Positions 62,640 through 64,000 of a stretch of DNA of 64,000 nt are shown one piece after another. Each line of letters begins with the position of its first letter. The first letter of the stretch is position 1. The stretch lies in the NCBI GenBank assembly GCA_964016885.1, contig OZ024762.1, positions 13,206,001-13,270,000 of the forward strand, written 5' to 3'. Source of the DNA: Eledone cirrhosa (Eukaryota). The position numbers and the translations under genes were made by a program. The notes beneath the pieces are model-generated. The model had not been told where the DNA came from, ran no database searches, and saw only the letters and a list, made by a program, of their open reading frames with translations.

Positions 62640-64000
62640 CTCATGTGTCACCACCACCACCACCACTACCACCACCACCACCACTACCACCACCACCACC
62701 ACCGCTACACCACCACCACCACTACCACCACCACCACCACCGCTACACCGCCACCGCCACCACCACTACTACACAACTACCAAACTCATCACACATCTCC
62801 CACCATTCCTCACGTGATGACACAGATCTCATCCCTTCCTCCCACCACATCCAATCTGCCTAACTCTCACCACACCTCCTCCTCTCCGCACACGTAAGCG
62901 CACCTCTCCCACCACCACCACCACCACCATCATCATCATCACCACCACTATCTCCGCCACCACCACCACCATCATTCCCATCGCCACCACTACACCACCA
63001 TCACCACCACCACTACACCACTACACCACTACACCACCATCACCACCACTACACCACTACACCACCAATAACACCATCACCACCACTACACCACCATCAC
63101 CACCACTACACCACTACCACCATCACCACCATTACACCACCATCACCACCACTACACCTCCATCACAACCACCACTACACCACCACCACCACCACTACAC
63201 CACCATCACCACCACCACCACCACCACTACACCACCATCACCACCACTACACCACCACCACCATCACCACCACTACACCATCATCACCATCACCACCACT
63301 ACACCACCATCACCACCACCACCACCATCACCACCACCACTACACCACTACACCACCAATAACACCATCACCACCACCACTACACCACCATCACCACCAC
63401 CACCACTACACCACCATCACCACCACTACACCACTACACCACCAATAACACCATCACCACCACTACACCACCAATAACACCATCACCACCACTACACCAC
63501 TACACCACCAATAACACCATCACCACTACACCACCAATAACACCATCACCACCACTACACCACCACCACCACCATCACCACCACTACACCACTACACCAC
63601 TACACCACCACCACCACCACCGCCATCACCACACCTGTTCTAACAACTAGCCCCCCCCCCACTACACACTTGTATATTCAGTACAATAGATACTGTTGTT
63701 GTTGTTGTTGCACCACGACTGCAGTAGTGTTACTTAATGCAACTGTAACTATTGTCACTACAAATGCAGTTGCACTGCTCGTTGTTGTTGTTACTGTTGT
63801 TGTTATTGTTGTTACTGTTGTTGTTGATGTTATTGTTGTTGTGGTGACTGTTGTTTTTGTTGCTATTGTTGTTACTGTTGTTGTTGCTATTGTTGTAGTT
63901 GTTACTGTTGTTGTTGCTATTGTTGTAGTTGTTACTGTTGTTGTTGCTATTGTTGTTTTTGTTGCTATTGTTGTAGTTGTTACTGTTGTTGTTGCTATTG
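62640..64000. repeat. (CAC/CAT/TAC)n then (GTT)n low-complexity tracts
   Basis: Direct reading. Confidence 0.9.

Overview
Eukaryotic, very AT-rich non-coding DNA (intron or intergenic) dominated by (TA)n, (CA)n, (GA)n and (CAC/CAT/TAC)n microsatellites. The repeat landscape suggests an octopus/coleoid cephalopod genome (inference). I can support no host protein-coding exon, and nearly all listed ORFs are microsatellite artefacts. The only real protein remnants are a Penelope-like (PLE) GIY-YIG endonuclease (20847-21320) and three RTE-type LINE 3' ends. The main signal is about 20 type I hammerhead ribozyme (HHR) motifs, roughly 15 with an intact core, from several sequence families, plus about 7 copies of a family retaining only the HHR 3' half. 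Many sit in asymmetric fold-back cassettes (HHR on both arms pointing outward, one arm carrying an extra 70-100 nt tail with a shared YGAGTRCT motif) embedded in (TA)n. One lies just downstream of the GIY-YIG remnant, tying the cassettes to Penelope-like retroelements. Also present are tRNA-derived SINEs, a local cluster of Tc1/mariner-type MITEs and several minisatellites. All coordinates and folds were read by eye.
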